Below are positions 41,301 through 49,863 of a stretch of DNA of 64,000 bases, in pieces. The stretch is from an uncultured bacterium. GTDB taxonomy: Bacteria > Patescibacteriota > JAHJAL01. The translations under genes were made by a program, and so were the position numbers. The notes beneath the pieces were generated by a model, which saw only the letters and a list, made by a program, of their open reading frames with translations, was not told the origin of the DNA and searched no databases. The stretch spans positions 2,457 to 66,456 of the forward strand of contig CALKWM010000013.1 of assembly GCA_938004065.1 (NCBI GenBank), read 5' to 3'. Every line of letters begins with the position of its first letter. Position 1 is the first letter of the stretch.

Positions 41301-44012
41301 GAATATTTTTGACAAATCCTCGGTTTCCATGAGTTGCATGGCGGAGTTTAGCGAGAAGTCTTGGCCTTGTGAAATTGCGGTGGTTAACGCTTGATTGATG
41401 CGTTGATTGTCAGTTACGTCAGACAATAGACTGCTGGTTAAAGACATGGCGGTGTTTTTGGGGTTTTTGATATCAAAGATGAAATTTGTCGGCAGGCCTT
41501 CAATTTTGGCCAAGCCATGTTGTCCCAATTTATTGGCGATGCCGATAAACCCTTCACCGGAAAAACTATCCAAATCAAGGATCCCGTCCGGCCATCCCAA
41601 TACATTTGAATTCAGTTCTTTTAGGCCCAAATTGGCGAAAGCCAGCCCCATGGCTTCGGGGTTGTCGCCATTTTGGATAGCGATGTTCATGGCTTCCTGC
41701 AGTTTGGGAGGTAGGTTGAGATTGGGGGTAAAATTTAAAGCTGATAGGGCGGCGTCTTTGAAATCACCGGACATCATAGCGGAGATGATGGGTGTGAAAG
41801 AGCCAAATTCCAGTCCAAGTTGCTCGTCGAGGTAGTTGCCGGTAATGGATGTGATTAGTGCTTCGGGGTTGGGATTTAACCAATTGACGCTAGAAGAAAA
41901 ACCATCGGGTAGTCCCAGTTTGCCAAATACTTTTTCATCAAGCCACTGGTTGCCCATTTCGCTCATGAAGTTTTCAAATCCACCTTGGGCCAGTTTGGCG
42001 ACATCGAAATTTTTAAAACCGGAATTAAATAACTGTTCGATGGCTCCTTGGGCAAGACCTTTGAGCATATTGGTAATACTGAAACCATTTTCCGGATCAA
42101 ATGGTAGCGCTTGGTCGAGAGCGGCACCGGCCAGATCGGAGGCGATTGAACCGTAGTCTTCGTTTTGCCATTTGACTTTCACTCCCATGGTATTGGGATT
42201 GGCGGAGTCGAGTATGGGAGGACAACATGGTTGGCAAAGAGTTCCCCAGAAGATAGGTGCGGTGCAAAGGAGCATGCATATCGCTGAATTGCGATAGATA
42301 TTCCAAAAAGGAACATTGTTTTCGGTAGCGGCACCGAGACTGTATTGAGATGCGGCCATGGGACCGGCAACTGTCATCAGGTAGGCGCTAATTAATGAAT
42401 CTACAACAGCGGTGATGGATTTGCAAGAGACTATATCGCCACAGGCGGAACAGTCAGTGGATTCGTTGTATAATCCGATTTCGGAGATATCAACCGCTTT
42501 GAGGTCATAGTGAGGATTGACAACTTCCAATTCGTCTTCACCTATTTCATCGGAAGCGTATGGTGCGTTTAAACCCAGCCAGATTTTGAGGTGGGCTCGG
42601 TCTTTGTAGGGAACACCGAGATTGTCAATGTTGCCGGTCATGACATCAAAAACAAAATAAGTGGCACTGACTATTCCGCAGAGGTTGGCGGGGTTATCAC
42701 ATTTTTCCGGACTGTTTTCGATGTTTTTGCCACAGGCGGTTTTGATGGCCCCCGGGGTAGTGGCGTCTTGGATGACTTTGTCAGCTAGGTACCTTTCGTA
42801 AGTTTCGCCGTTCATTTCCATAGTTTGGAAGACGTGGTAAAGCAGGTAGTAGATTCTTTCGTCAACCTGAATGCCTTGTTTGTAGTAGCTGTTGAATTCG
42901 GCGATGGTTTGGGGCAACAATACTTTTACTTCCGCCGGGTTTTCAAATTCAAGTGGGGGTGGAAAAAATTCTTGGGTAGGCGGGTTGCCACTTTTTGGTT
43001 CAGGAATGTTATTGATTTCATTTTGAAGTTGTTGAAATTCCGGGCTGTTGGTATCCGGATTTTCAAAATATGGAGCTATTGAATCGTTGTTGATCGTTTG
43101 AGGATTGTTTTCGGGAGGATTTAGTTCGGGCGCGGGTGGAGTGCTGAGAGAGGCATAGGTTTTGGTTATGCCCAGATATTGGGCGAGTTTATTGTTGCCA
43201 TTGGTCGAAGTGGTAGATGGTTCGGTAGTAAAATTGTTTTGCAAAATTTGTCGTGAAGTATCGGTATTGAAAGCGATATTTATGTCGGGGTTATCAACTC
43301 GAGCGTCGTTGTTTTGCTGGGGATCTGAACCTTTGAGAGCGTTGGGGCCGGGAGGGCAGGCGATTAGTCCTTCGCCGATAGCTTTGGAAATAAATTCTTT
43401 GTGGGAAAGCATATCACCATTTATTTCGGCGCCAATTTCGGCTTTGATCATTAGGCATTCGAATACTTGGTTGAAATTGAAAAGCTCGGCCAGATTTTGT
43501 GATTGCTCCAAATAGTGGTCGTAGATATGTTGAGCCCAGGCGTCTTCATTGCTATTGTAATCATTTTTACTGAGATTTTTGATCTCATCAACTTTGGCTT
43601 TGGCTTTGGTAAAAATTTCGTTATTTAAATCGATAACTCTTTGAGTTTCGATCAAGGTATCAACTTTTTCGATTTCATCGTAAACGACAGTATTTAAGTT
43701 TTCTTCCAAAGTTTGGATTTCTTTGGCCCAGTCGCGGAATTTGTCGGTAATGTTGGGAGTTTCGATTTCGTCTTGGATGATATCCAGACTGTTGATGATG
43801 GTGTCGTTGGCAGAGAATTGATCGATAGTAGTGTTCTGATTGATTTCTTCCAAAAAAGGGTTAAGGTTAGGATCAATGTCATGGGAATTTGGTACCGGCG
43901 GGGTTGCGTGAACCGGTGTAAATTTCAGTTGGGGATTGGCATATGGCGAAATGGCGGCGATGAAGCAGACGAGAATCAGTTTGATGATGATTTTTTTGTT
44001 GATTGGATTCAT
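38334..44012 (-). CDS. Giant secreted/surface protein of 1892 aa with a signal peptide, Pro/Asn-rich low-complexity stretches and Cys-rich regions; function unknown.
   Basis: Uninterrupted 5.7-kb ORF. The N-terminus MNPINKKIIIKLILVCFIAAISPYA is signal-like. No catalytic motif was recognised. Confidence 0.6.
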   Translation of the reverse strand: MNPINKKIIIKLILVCFIAAISPYANPQLKFTPVHATPPVPNSHDIDPNLNPFLEEINQNTTIDQFSANDTIINSLDIIQDEIETPNITDKFRDWAKEIQTLEENLNTVVYDEIEKVDTLIETQRVIDLNNEIFTKAKAKVDEIKNLSKNDYNSNEDAWAQHIYDHYLEQSQNLAELFNFNQVFECLMIKAEIGAEINGDMLSHKEFISKAIGEGLIACPPGPNALKGSDPQQNNDARVDNPDINIAFNTDTSRQILQNNFTTEPSTTSTNGNNKLAQYLGITKTYASLSTPPAPELNPPENNPQTINNDSIAPYFENPDTNSPEFQQLQNEINNIPEPKSGNPPTQEFFPPPLEFENPAEVKVLLPQTIAEFNSYYKQGIQVDERIYYLLYHVFQTMEMNGETYERYLADKVIQDATTPGAIKTACGKNIENSPEKCDNPANLCGIVSATYFVFDVMTGNIDNLGVPYKDRAHLKIWLGLNAPYASDEIGEDELEVVNPHYDLKAVDISEIGLYNESTDCSACGDIVSCKSITAVVDSLISAYLMTVAGPMAASQYSLGAATENNVPFWNIYRNSAICMLLCTAPIFWGTLCQPCCPPILDSANPNTMGVKVKWQNEDYGSIASDLAGAALDQALPFDPENGFSITNMLKGLAQGAIEQLFNSGFKNFDVAKLAQGGFENFMSEMGNQWLDEKVFGKLGLPDGFSSSVNWLNPNPEALITSITGNYLDEQLGLEFGSFTPIISAMMSGDFKDAALSALNFTPNLNLPPKLQEAMNIAIQNGDNPEAMGLAFANLGLKELNSNVLGWPDGILDLDSFSGEGFIGIANKLGQHGLAKIEGLPTNFIFDIKNPKNTAMSLTSSLLSDVTDNQRINQALTTAISQGQDFSLNSAMQLMETEDLSKIFAINTEDAQFIKDFVDNPTSMPFVTFKNTLLNKIDFEQAALKNINFTPESLELLVDYGLNPAYSGDNAQAGQLMMAAISNSIKLDKFGIDLNKTDIEKLAYLQDYIQIVNNLPESTNPAFNNYSPYGYGYNPYAYSPELQKLSQDYSTKFGNSEPITQFHDRIVSTIDQSISDPNSDSAKAKNEISYLVAPIKISFSERVKKDELSQIDYIDTTTKPGQNGASDTQFQGVLRSLNVDLNSLEIVHSTTFEQKNNALLSPDQNTTNPDYFSSYGGTSFPSPINATYSEYFEPGEIYYAYPKVDLAEIALPGIRGNNNYHSQTGNFKLLSTTTNIIKYAQEKPIVITPITSNNQQIPGINQNLPSNIYNRITPTLPNTTSGFSQIQNILSQDPLKTAFLEKHQFSYQLPDSTYATFDNNAFLGGSGTIYNTLNSIGKSDNQAKENLSNLGVTVIAASMTGIDIASMFTDVSDQAILENKLTQLTNAMGIVKSWQTGDIETGIKSMTGFLKDNGVFDNLSNNSTWNIGPDGNIAINGVDPLKIYSDIESGNYFALLEDIPLIQDKFNINNEIRDAIGTGPEQLLDLVQNFSPQKASDTVMEIMANKITSESGLEKLAVVQELTNTLGVPPDPKNIPKLLQSDFIQKNVLQDIDPGTLGDISSIYGLVASGDITPQKAVSTIMTANFFQDAIGKEEFQSFMSDYGGIVNAALSGDPQAIANSILSSPKVADKITEWLESSELGDYFDIGGIQNLMNGDIDGFIKQTSMKFLDKHLLSKLDGPLGGLMSNSIMSILNGEFPTEAIMQFASQYLIKEFLKADVSILTNLGASFDMGLGFNVANIGIGFVGSWVNNPVAGFVFTKCKKKIAQDNIIHFLDMVLTFDRNKTAHLKYNIIMENENGEIVEAADENGFPINNPEMTNNPREYIKNYYPLQIFSDFASTIQDKIAPKSKEKFDFVWYEDRFDVLNIFVKKCEDRQNPFLTNCEDAVHIGF

Positions 44013-44015
44013 ATA

Positions 44016-44471
44016 TCAAGCATTGGTTTGTTCGATTAATGTTTTTTGATTGGTTTCGGGCAAGGAAGCGTACCAGTCAATTTGAATGTCGGAGATGAGA
44101 GTGCCTTTGGTTACAATCCAATTTAAGATTTCGTTTTTGGTTTCGGCGTATTGAGTATCGAGGTTTAAGTCGGTGGGGTTTTTGGCAGTCAGATAGATGT
44201 CGATTTTGGAGATGGACTGGCCACTAGGAAAAATAGAGTATTCGAAGTATTCATTGTCGGCAAAATACGGCAGGTCTTTTTGGATTGAGTATTGGGGGTA
44301 CTCGGTGTCGATAATTTGGTTGAATGTGATTTGACTGTTGGCAAAATAATTGTCCGGCAAGATATATAGTTGCTCGACTTTTGTTTGTTGTCGATAGATA
44401 AAAACGATGATAATTGCGATAGGGATGGCAATGGCTAAATATTTAATGATTTTTTGTTTTAATATTGGCAT
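44016..44471 (-). CDS. Small N-terminally membrane-anchored protein.
   Basis: 151 aa with a TM segment YLAIAIPIAIIIVFIY followed by a soluble domain. The gene is tightly packed between its neighbours. Confidence 0.4.
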   Translation of the reverse strand: MPILKQKIIKYLAIAIPIAIIIVFIYRQQTKVEQLYILPDNYFANSQITFNQIIDTEYPQYSIQKDLPYFADNEYFEYSIFPSGQSISKIDIYLTAKNPTDLNLDTQYAETKNEILNWIVTKGTLISDIQIDWYASLPETNQKTLIEQTNA

Positions 44472-44476
44472 AAGGA

Positions 44477-45877
44477 TTATTTTTTATTGGCGTAATATAA
44501 TATTGTGTTGGAATAACCTCTATTAGCGTCACCAAACTCGGCTAGTTCCAAATCGGACCAGGAGATTTTGGTACGATTGCGATTGCCCGGATCGTTGAGG
44601 ATTACTCCTTCTTGATCATACCCGACGGCAACGACAAAATGGCTGGGACCACCGGATGACAAATTGGGACCGCCACCAAGGACTACCGGTATTCCTTTGT
44701 CCAAATAAGTGGTAATGGTCTTTTGTTGTTGACTGAAATCAAAAACGAATTGATTTTCTTCAACGATAATATCCGGGTATTCGCTGTGGATGTTTTGGGC
44801 AGTAACTGTGATACCGGTTAAACTGCATACAGATGTTGGGTCAACGTCTTTGCCCATAAATTTTAGTACCATAGCAAGAGAGGTGCAGTAACAGCCGGCT
44901 TTTTGGATATCGGCACTGTAATCACCTTGATTAAAATACCACTCACGCGGTTTGTCCAGTGATTTGGCACCGGAGGGTGTGTCGTATGTTGGTGTTACTG
45001 CTTCGGCTTGGGTGGAAATATCGGTTGGGTAGTGTTTGTTGCCACTGCCCATGCCACCCATAGCTAGAAAAAGGACAACAATTAGAAAAATTATGATGAC
45101 GATAATGATGATGATCAAAATAACTACTACTACCGGCCAACCAACCGCGGCAGCGCCTCCGGCGGCAGCGGCAGTTCCACCAGCGGCAGCGGCAGCTCCG
45201 CCCGCTGCAGCGGCACCTCCACCAGCGGCGGCCACGGTTCCACCGGCAGCAGCTGTACCGGCACCGGCTGCTCCCGCTCCCGCGGCTCCGGCACCGGCTC
45301 CGGTTGCACCAGCAGTGCCAGCACCAGTTGCTCCCGTGCCTGCTCCGGCACCGGCTGACGGACCACCCGGTGGCATTTTGCCGGTAGGTGTTTTTGGGGA
45401 TTGCGTGCCCGGCTGACCGGGTTTTTGACCGGAACCGGGTTTGTCCGGTTGCTTGTTTTTGTCGGCATCTTCGCGATTAATCTTGCGGTTTTTGTCCGGT
45501 TGGGATTTGTCCTGGTCGGTGTCTTGTTTGTCTTTATCTTTGTCCTGTTTTTTGTCTTTATCCTTGTCTTGATCTTTTTCTTTGTCCTTGTCTTTATCCT
45601 GATCCTGATCTTTATCTTTATCTTTATCCTTTTCTTTTTCTTTGTCTTGATCCTGATCTTTTTCTTTGTCAGGTTCCTGGTCGGGTTTTTTTTCCGGAGA
45701 TGGTTGTTCCGGACTACTGGTACTTTGTGGTGAAGTGTCGGGTTGGCGGTCAAGATTGATTGATTGCGGTTCTGATCCACCGGCTGATGACGATTGTCCG
45801 CCACCTGGTGTGGAGGTACCGGATATATTTATCTCAATGTCTTTTTTTTCGATATCTTCGCGTTTGAATTTGGCCAT
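44477..45877 (-). CDS. Membrane-anchored papain-like cysteine peptidase (Peptidase_C39-like domain) with a disordered KD-repeat and Gly/Ala/Thr-rich N-terminal region.
   Basis: The N-terminus contains (KDKD/QDKD) repeats, then a GAGAGTGATGAG stretch, then a single TM VVVILIIIIIVIIIFLIVVLFLA. The C-terminal domain carries a catalytic-Cys motif AGCYCTSLAMVL and a His motif PSHFVVAVGYD. Confidence 0.6.
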   Translation of the reverse strand: MAKFKREDIEKKDIEINISGTSTPGGGQSSSAGGSEPQSINLDRQPDTSPQSTSSPEQPSPEKKPDQEPDKEKDQDQDKEKEKDKDKDKDQDQDKDKDKEKDQDKDKDKKQDKDKDKQDTDQDKSQPDKNRKINREDADKNKQPDKPGSGQKPGQPGTQSPKTPTGKMPPGGPSAGAGAGTGATGAGTAGATGAGAGAAGAGAAGAGTAAAGGTVAAAGGGAAAAGGAAAAAGGTAAAAGGAAAVGWPVVVVILIIIIIVIIIFLIVVLFLAMGGMGSGNKHYPTDISTQAEAVTPTYDTPSGAKSLDKPREWYFNQGDYSADIQKAGCYCTSLAMVLKFMGKDVDPTSVCSLTGITVTAQNIHSEYPDIIVEENQFVFDFSQQQKTITTYLDKGIPVVLGGGPNLSSGGPSHFVVAVGYDQEGVILNDPGNRNRTKISWSDLELAEFGDANRGYSNTILYYANKK

Positions 45878-45953
45878 AAAAAATATTGCAATAAGATTTA
45901 ATTATAGCAATATTTTTTAGAGAAAATACAGTGGGAAAATGGTTAATATTTTG

Positions 45954-46055
45954 ATAATTTCTAGTTAATATTTTTTTAATATAAATTTGGATATGGTGAG
46001 AGAGTGAATGTAATTGTGATAAGGGGGTGAAATTTAAAAAAAATGTTAAGAAAAT
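45954..46055 (+). promoter_or_regulatory. Conserved ~100-nt leader, copy A, upstream of the 46077 gene.
   Basis: About 92% identical to 47034-47135. It contains the G-rich boxes GGTGAGAGAGTGAATG and GATAAGGGGGTGAAAT. Confidence 0.5.
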
Positions 46056-46076
46056 TTACGAAAGGTGTGATAAATA

Positions 46077-46961
46077 ATGAACAGATTGGTTTGGATAATG
46101 ATGATAATGTGGTTATTGTGTAGTATAGCGAATGCCGAGATGATTACAAATCTGGTAGGAATTGTGGACAAAGATTTGTATTTTCTGAAGCTTGATTACA
46201 AAAATTTCGTGATTGATTTTAATCATAAAATTTTAATGCAAGAGCCAATGCTGAAGGTGGAATTTTCTACTAAAAGGAATGGAGAGGTGCTGGTATTTTT
46301 TGGTTCTGATGGTAAGTGCAATAAAGTATGTTTATATAGTAATAGTGGTGAAGAATTGAAGGAGGTGAGTAATGATTGTGATACTTTGTTTGTGAGAGAC
46401 ATGATTTCGGATGGGAATTATGTTATTGGTAGTAATGCCAATATGGGGCAAGTGATTAAAAACAATAAAATAATTTGTGAGCTTGGCAGAGCAAATTATT
46501 TCGGAATAAATGGTGATTGGGTATATTATGCCAGAAGTACTGATAGAGGAACTGCTTTTCCCATGTATAAATTGAATTTGATTTCCCGAGAAAAAATAAA
46601 ATTAGCTGATAAACTTTATGTGTTCGGTGGGTTGGAAATATTTAACCCATTCGAAATATATTATGAAAATTGTTATGGCGAGGGTGGAAATGTGGTAAAC
46701 CGGATGTGGGCTGAAAATGGTGTATATAGAGAAGAGCGTTTGATTGATGGGTATTTGATAAGACATATCGAAGGATTTAACAAGGAATATGTTTTTACTT
46801 TCGGAAATATAGTGCACAAAGATGATTGGAAGGACGATTGGATATGCGGAGGGGTGCCAAAATTATTTAGATTGAGTGATAATAAAATAATTGAATGTGA
46901 GAGTAATGTGGATGAAATAGAAAATATGGGTGATAAAATTTTCAATTTTGATTTGTTATAA
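46077..46961 (+). CDS. Secreted hypothetical protein (signal peptide; DUF5050/propeller-like repeats).
   Basis: Signal peptide MNRLVWIMMIMWLLCSIANA and a GDWVYYARSTDRG...YKLNL motif. Paralogous in style to the next gene and shares its leader. Confidence 0.5.
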   Translation: MNRLVWIMMIMWLLCSIANAEMITNLVGIVDKDLYFLKLDYKNFVIDFNHKILMQEPMLKVEFSTKRNGEVLVFFGSDGKCNKVCLYSNSGEELKEVSNDCDTLFVRDMISDGNYVIGSNANMGQVIKNNKIICELGRANYFGINGDWVYYARSTDRGTAFPMYKLNLISREKIKLADKLYVFGGLEIFNPFEIYYENCYGEGGNVVNRMWAENGVYREERLIDGYLIRHIEGFNKEYVFTFGNIVHKDDWKDDWICGGVPKLFRLSDNKIIECESNVDEIENMGDKIFNFDLL

Positions 46962-46977
46962 AATAAAAATTGATGGA

Positions 46978-47011
46978 AGATCACTAAATACGAATTTAGG
47001 ATCTTTTTTTT
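46978..47011 (+). terminator. Rho-independent terminator of the 46077 gene.
   Basis: AGATCACTAAAT-acga-ATTTAGGATCT imperfect hairpin followed by a T8 run. Confidence 0.55.
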
Positions 47012-47033
47012 CGTCAAAAAGATAGTTTAGGTT

Positions 47034-47135
47034 TAATGTCTAGATAATTTCTGGTTAATATTTTATTAATAATAATTTGGATATGGTGAGAGGGTGAATG
47101 AAAATGTGATGAGGGGGTGAAATTTAAAAAAAATG
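47034..47135 (+). promoter_or_regulatory. Conserved ~100-nt leader, copy B, upstream of the 47170 gene.
   Basis: ATAATTTCTGGTTAATATTTTATTAATAATAATTTGGATATGGTGAGAGGGTGAATG...GGGGGTGAAATTTAAAAAAAATGTTAAGAAAAT, nearly identical to copy A. Confidence 0.5.
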
Positions 47136-47169
47136 TTAAGAAAATACTTGTGAAAGGAAGTGGAGCGAA

Positions 47170-48237
47170 TTGAAAAAATTAGTTTTTTTGTTGCTAATGG
47201 TAGTTTTTTGCAGTCAAATGGTGTTAGCCGGGGACAAGGTGATTTTTATTAGATCTTCGTCAATGTTGGAAAGTCAGATAATAATTGTTGATCTGTCAGA
47301 ACAAAGTTCTCAGATATATGCAGATGGTTTTAGCAAATTTAGTTATGGTATTTCTTATGATGGTGATTGTTATGTATTGAGCCGGGATGGTAAATTGTTC
47401 TGGTATGGATTTGATGGGATGGAAAAGCAATTAACCTTTAATGCCGTGCCTTGCGAAAGCACCGGTTCGGATGCAGGTCTGTCATTAACCAGTGAGGCCA
47501 ATATAATGCCGGTTTTGAATGCCGGAGGAAAAAAGCTTGTTTTTTTGAAGACCAAATTGATTTCAAGGCCGTTAATTTATGGTGCTGTGTGTTACATGTC
47601 CGACATAAATTCGTCCTCAGTTAGTTTGCGTACCGGGGGATATACTACGCCGGTATGGTTAAATGATGGTTGTATTCTGGCGGCCAAGGTGGAACATTAT
47701 AACAAGGCGGAGTATCATTGTGAGGAGATTTATAGTGTGCCGAGGTTATTGTATTTGGATGGCCGAGATGATGTGAAAATTGCCAATGAAGAAGTGATGG
47801 CCAAGGGGCGAATATTGACAAAATTTTCATCCGAGTCTTCAAATGGAAAACAATTCTTTTTTAAAAAAGAACGATATGTTCGTATAAATGATAATGAATG
47901 GGATGAAAAATATCAGATAGTATTGATGAATGCCGGGGATCTATCTTTTGTAAAAGAATTTACAGGGGCGACTGATGGGGCGTGGTGTGGTGATAAGTTG
48001 ATTCTGGTCAACAAAGACGGGCGCGGAGACAATGTGGGAGTATATAACAGCAAGGGAGAGGTGATTAAAAAACATCGTTTTGGTCATTGCGGGGTACATG
48101 AAGAGATTTATGATATTGTGGGTGTAAATGGGAACAAGATATACATCCATGATGGTGGGGATCATATGTATGTTTTTGATGTGGAAAAAGGGAAAGAAGA
48201 AGTGATTAACCTCTATGGGTATTATATGGGGAGGTAA
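47170..48237 (+). CDS. Secreted hypothetical protein (signal peptide); apparent TTG start.
   Basis: Signal peptide MKKLVFLLLMVVFCSQMVLA. SD-like GGAAGTGGAG upstream. 355 aa. Confidence 0.5.
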   Translation: MKKLVFLLLMVVFCSQMVLAGDKVIFIRSSSMLESQIIIVDLSEQSSQIYADGFSKFSYGISYDGDCYVLSRDGKLFWYGFDGMEKQLTFNAVPCESTGSDAGLSLTSEANIMPVLNAGGKKLVFLKTKLISRPLIYGAVCYMSDINSSSVSLRTGGYTTPVWLNDGCILAAKVEHYNKAEYHCEEIYSVPRLLYLDGRDDVKIANEEVMAKGRILTKFSSESSNGKQFFFKKERYVRINDNEWDEKYQIVLMNAGDLSFVKEFTGATDGAWCGDKLILVNKDGRGDNVGVYNSKGEVIKKHRFGHCGVHEEIYDIVGVNGNKIYIHDGGDHMYVFDVEKGKEEVINLYGYYMGR

Positions 48238-48252
48238 AAAAGGAAAATAAAT

Positions 48253-48280
48253 AATCCGCCGGTTTATCAATCGGCGGATT
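48253..48280. terminator. Bidirectional terminator hairpin between convergent genes.
   Basis: AATCCGCCG-gtttatcaat-CGGCGGATT, a perfect 9-bp GC-rich stem. On the minus strand it is followed by a T-rich run. Confidence 0.5.
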
Positions 48281-48315
48281 TGAATGTGTATTGTTATGTT
48301 TTTGTCGATAGTCAA

Positions 48316-49863
48316 TTAGTGATCTTTTTTTAGTGTATATAAGTAGTTTTCCATATCAGTGAAGTAGAGGGTAAATGATGATGGGTCGAAAGCTAGAGAA
48401 TCAATACTGTTTGCACCTTGTTGCTTTTGATCGAAATTGGTGGAGAATATTGTATCATTTTGAATGCTATCTGATTTGCGTGATGTATCAAAATAATAAA
48501 ATTGGTCGGTACTGTTGGGATAATCGCCTGGTGTAATTGTAGGGAGATATGTTGGGATAGCTAAGATAAATTCTGTATTAGATATCCAAGTTAGTTTTTT
48601 GATAAATGATTTGATCAAAAGTGGTCTGAAATATATATCATTGTTGTCATTTTTTCGAATAAACTCAATTGAAGGCAATCCTTTGTTATCTATTATTTCG
48701 GCGAGTAGTGTTTCATTATCAGGAGACCAGCTAATATCTGTAATGGTTCTGATTGCTGGAATTTCTTCAATCAAGTTGTTTTCAAAATGAAAAATAAATG
48801 CAGTATGATCTTGCGAAATAATCGCAAGTTTGGTGTTGTCGGTTGTAATTTTTATTTCTGGATTAAGAATTTTTGATGGTAGCTTATAAATATTTTGCCA
48901 TTGACTGCCATCGGGATTGGCTATCGTTAAACTATTGTGGTTTTCTCCTTCTGTGTAAACAGGAGCCCATCCTCTGCCACCACTAGGCATATCTGGATCG
49001 GGAATTGATTTTTCATCGATTGTTTGGTTTTGGAATATATAATATATTTTTTCAGAGTCTTTTGACCAGGCAATTTTGTCTGAAGGAATTGTTGAGTTAA
49101 TTATTTTTTGGGTAACTATGTCGAGGTAATATTTTTTTTCTAAAGTTTCATCGTTTTCGGTGCCGTTAAAGATAACTTTATTAAAATTTGGCGACCATAA
49201 AATATCTTTGATATTTTTGAATTCATTTGTTTCAAAAATTATTGTTTCTTGGTTGTTTTCAATTTTTTTGAATTGAAATTTATTTGAAAATGAACTATTT
49301 GCTTCGTCGAAGATGGTAATCTGTTCGATATAATGGGGTGTATTATTTATAGAATTATTTTGTAGCCCAATAACAATATTTTGGGTTTTTTCTTTGATTG
49401 AAGGAATTAGGTTGGCATCTATATTGGTAGTTTGCCAGAAATAAACAATGAAATCCTTTTGAAAATCAAGGTAGTTTTCTTTTTTAATTACTAAACTATA
49501 GTTGCCTGGTGGTAAAGATAAAAAGGTGCTTTGAGTTTGACTATAAAATTCAATTTTTGAATCTAAAAATGGACAATTAGAATAACCTTCTTGGTGAACA
49601 ATATCTGCGGTATTGCATATATAAGCTTTGGTTGATGACTGGTTGGAATGAATTAATAATTTTCCTTTATTTATTAAAGGCCAAGTAATTAATATTCCAA
49701 TAACTAGAATAATAATTCCTGCAGAAATATAAAGATAATTTTTCTTGAAAAATTCGATAATATTGGATTTTTTTTCTTTAGTATTAGAAGAGATATTGTC
49801 TGGTTGTAGGTTTAGTTTTTTCATTATTTTTATAAATGGATTAGCATTTGTAATAGAGGACAA
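48316..49863 (-). CDS. N-terminally membrane-anchored PD40/TolB-like beta-propeller protein.
   Basis: TM segment YISAGIIILVIGILITWPL, then repeated WSP(N/D)..K..F motifs (ILWSPNFNKVIF, ISWSPDNETLLA, KIAWSKDSEKIYY). Confidence 0.5.
   Translation of the reverse strand: MSSITNANPFIKIMKKLNLQPDNISSNTKEKKSNIIEFFKKNYLYISAGIIILVIGILITWPLINKGKLLIHSNQSSTKAYICNTADIVHQEGYSNCPFLDSKIEFYSQTQSTFLSLPPGNYSLVIKKENYLDFQKDFIVYFWQTTNIDANLIPSIKEKTQNIVIGLQNNSINNTPHYIEQITIFDEANSSFSNKFQFKKIENNQETIIFETNEFKNIKDILWSPNFNKVIFNGTENDETLEKKYYLDIVTQKIINSTIPSDKIAWSKDSEKIYYIFQNQTIDEKSIPDPDMPSGGRGWAPVYTEGENHNSLTIANPDGSQWQNIYKLPSKILNPEIKITTDNTKLAIISQDHTAFIFHFENNLIEEIPAIRTITDISWSPDNETLLAEIIDNKGLPSIEFIRKNDNNDIYFRPLLIKSFIKKLTWISNTEFILAIPTYLPTITPGDYPNSTDQFYYFDTSRKSDSIQNDTIFSTNFDQKQQGANSIDSLAFDPSSFTLYFTDMENYLYTLKKDH

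Noticed and set aside
45036-45804. Antisense and alternate-frame ORFs (45036-45416 +, 45130-45804 -, 45401-45733 +) overlapping the C39-like peptidase gene.
   Set aside because: They are products of the GC-rich Gly/Ala-coding and KD-repeat DNA, which is open in several frames. The frame with the TM helix plus the conserved C39-like domain is the real one.
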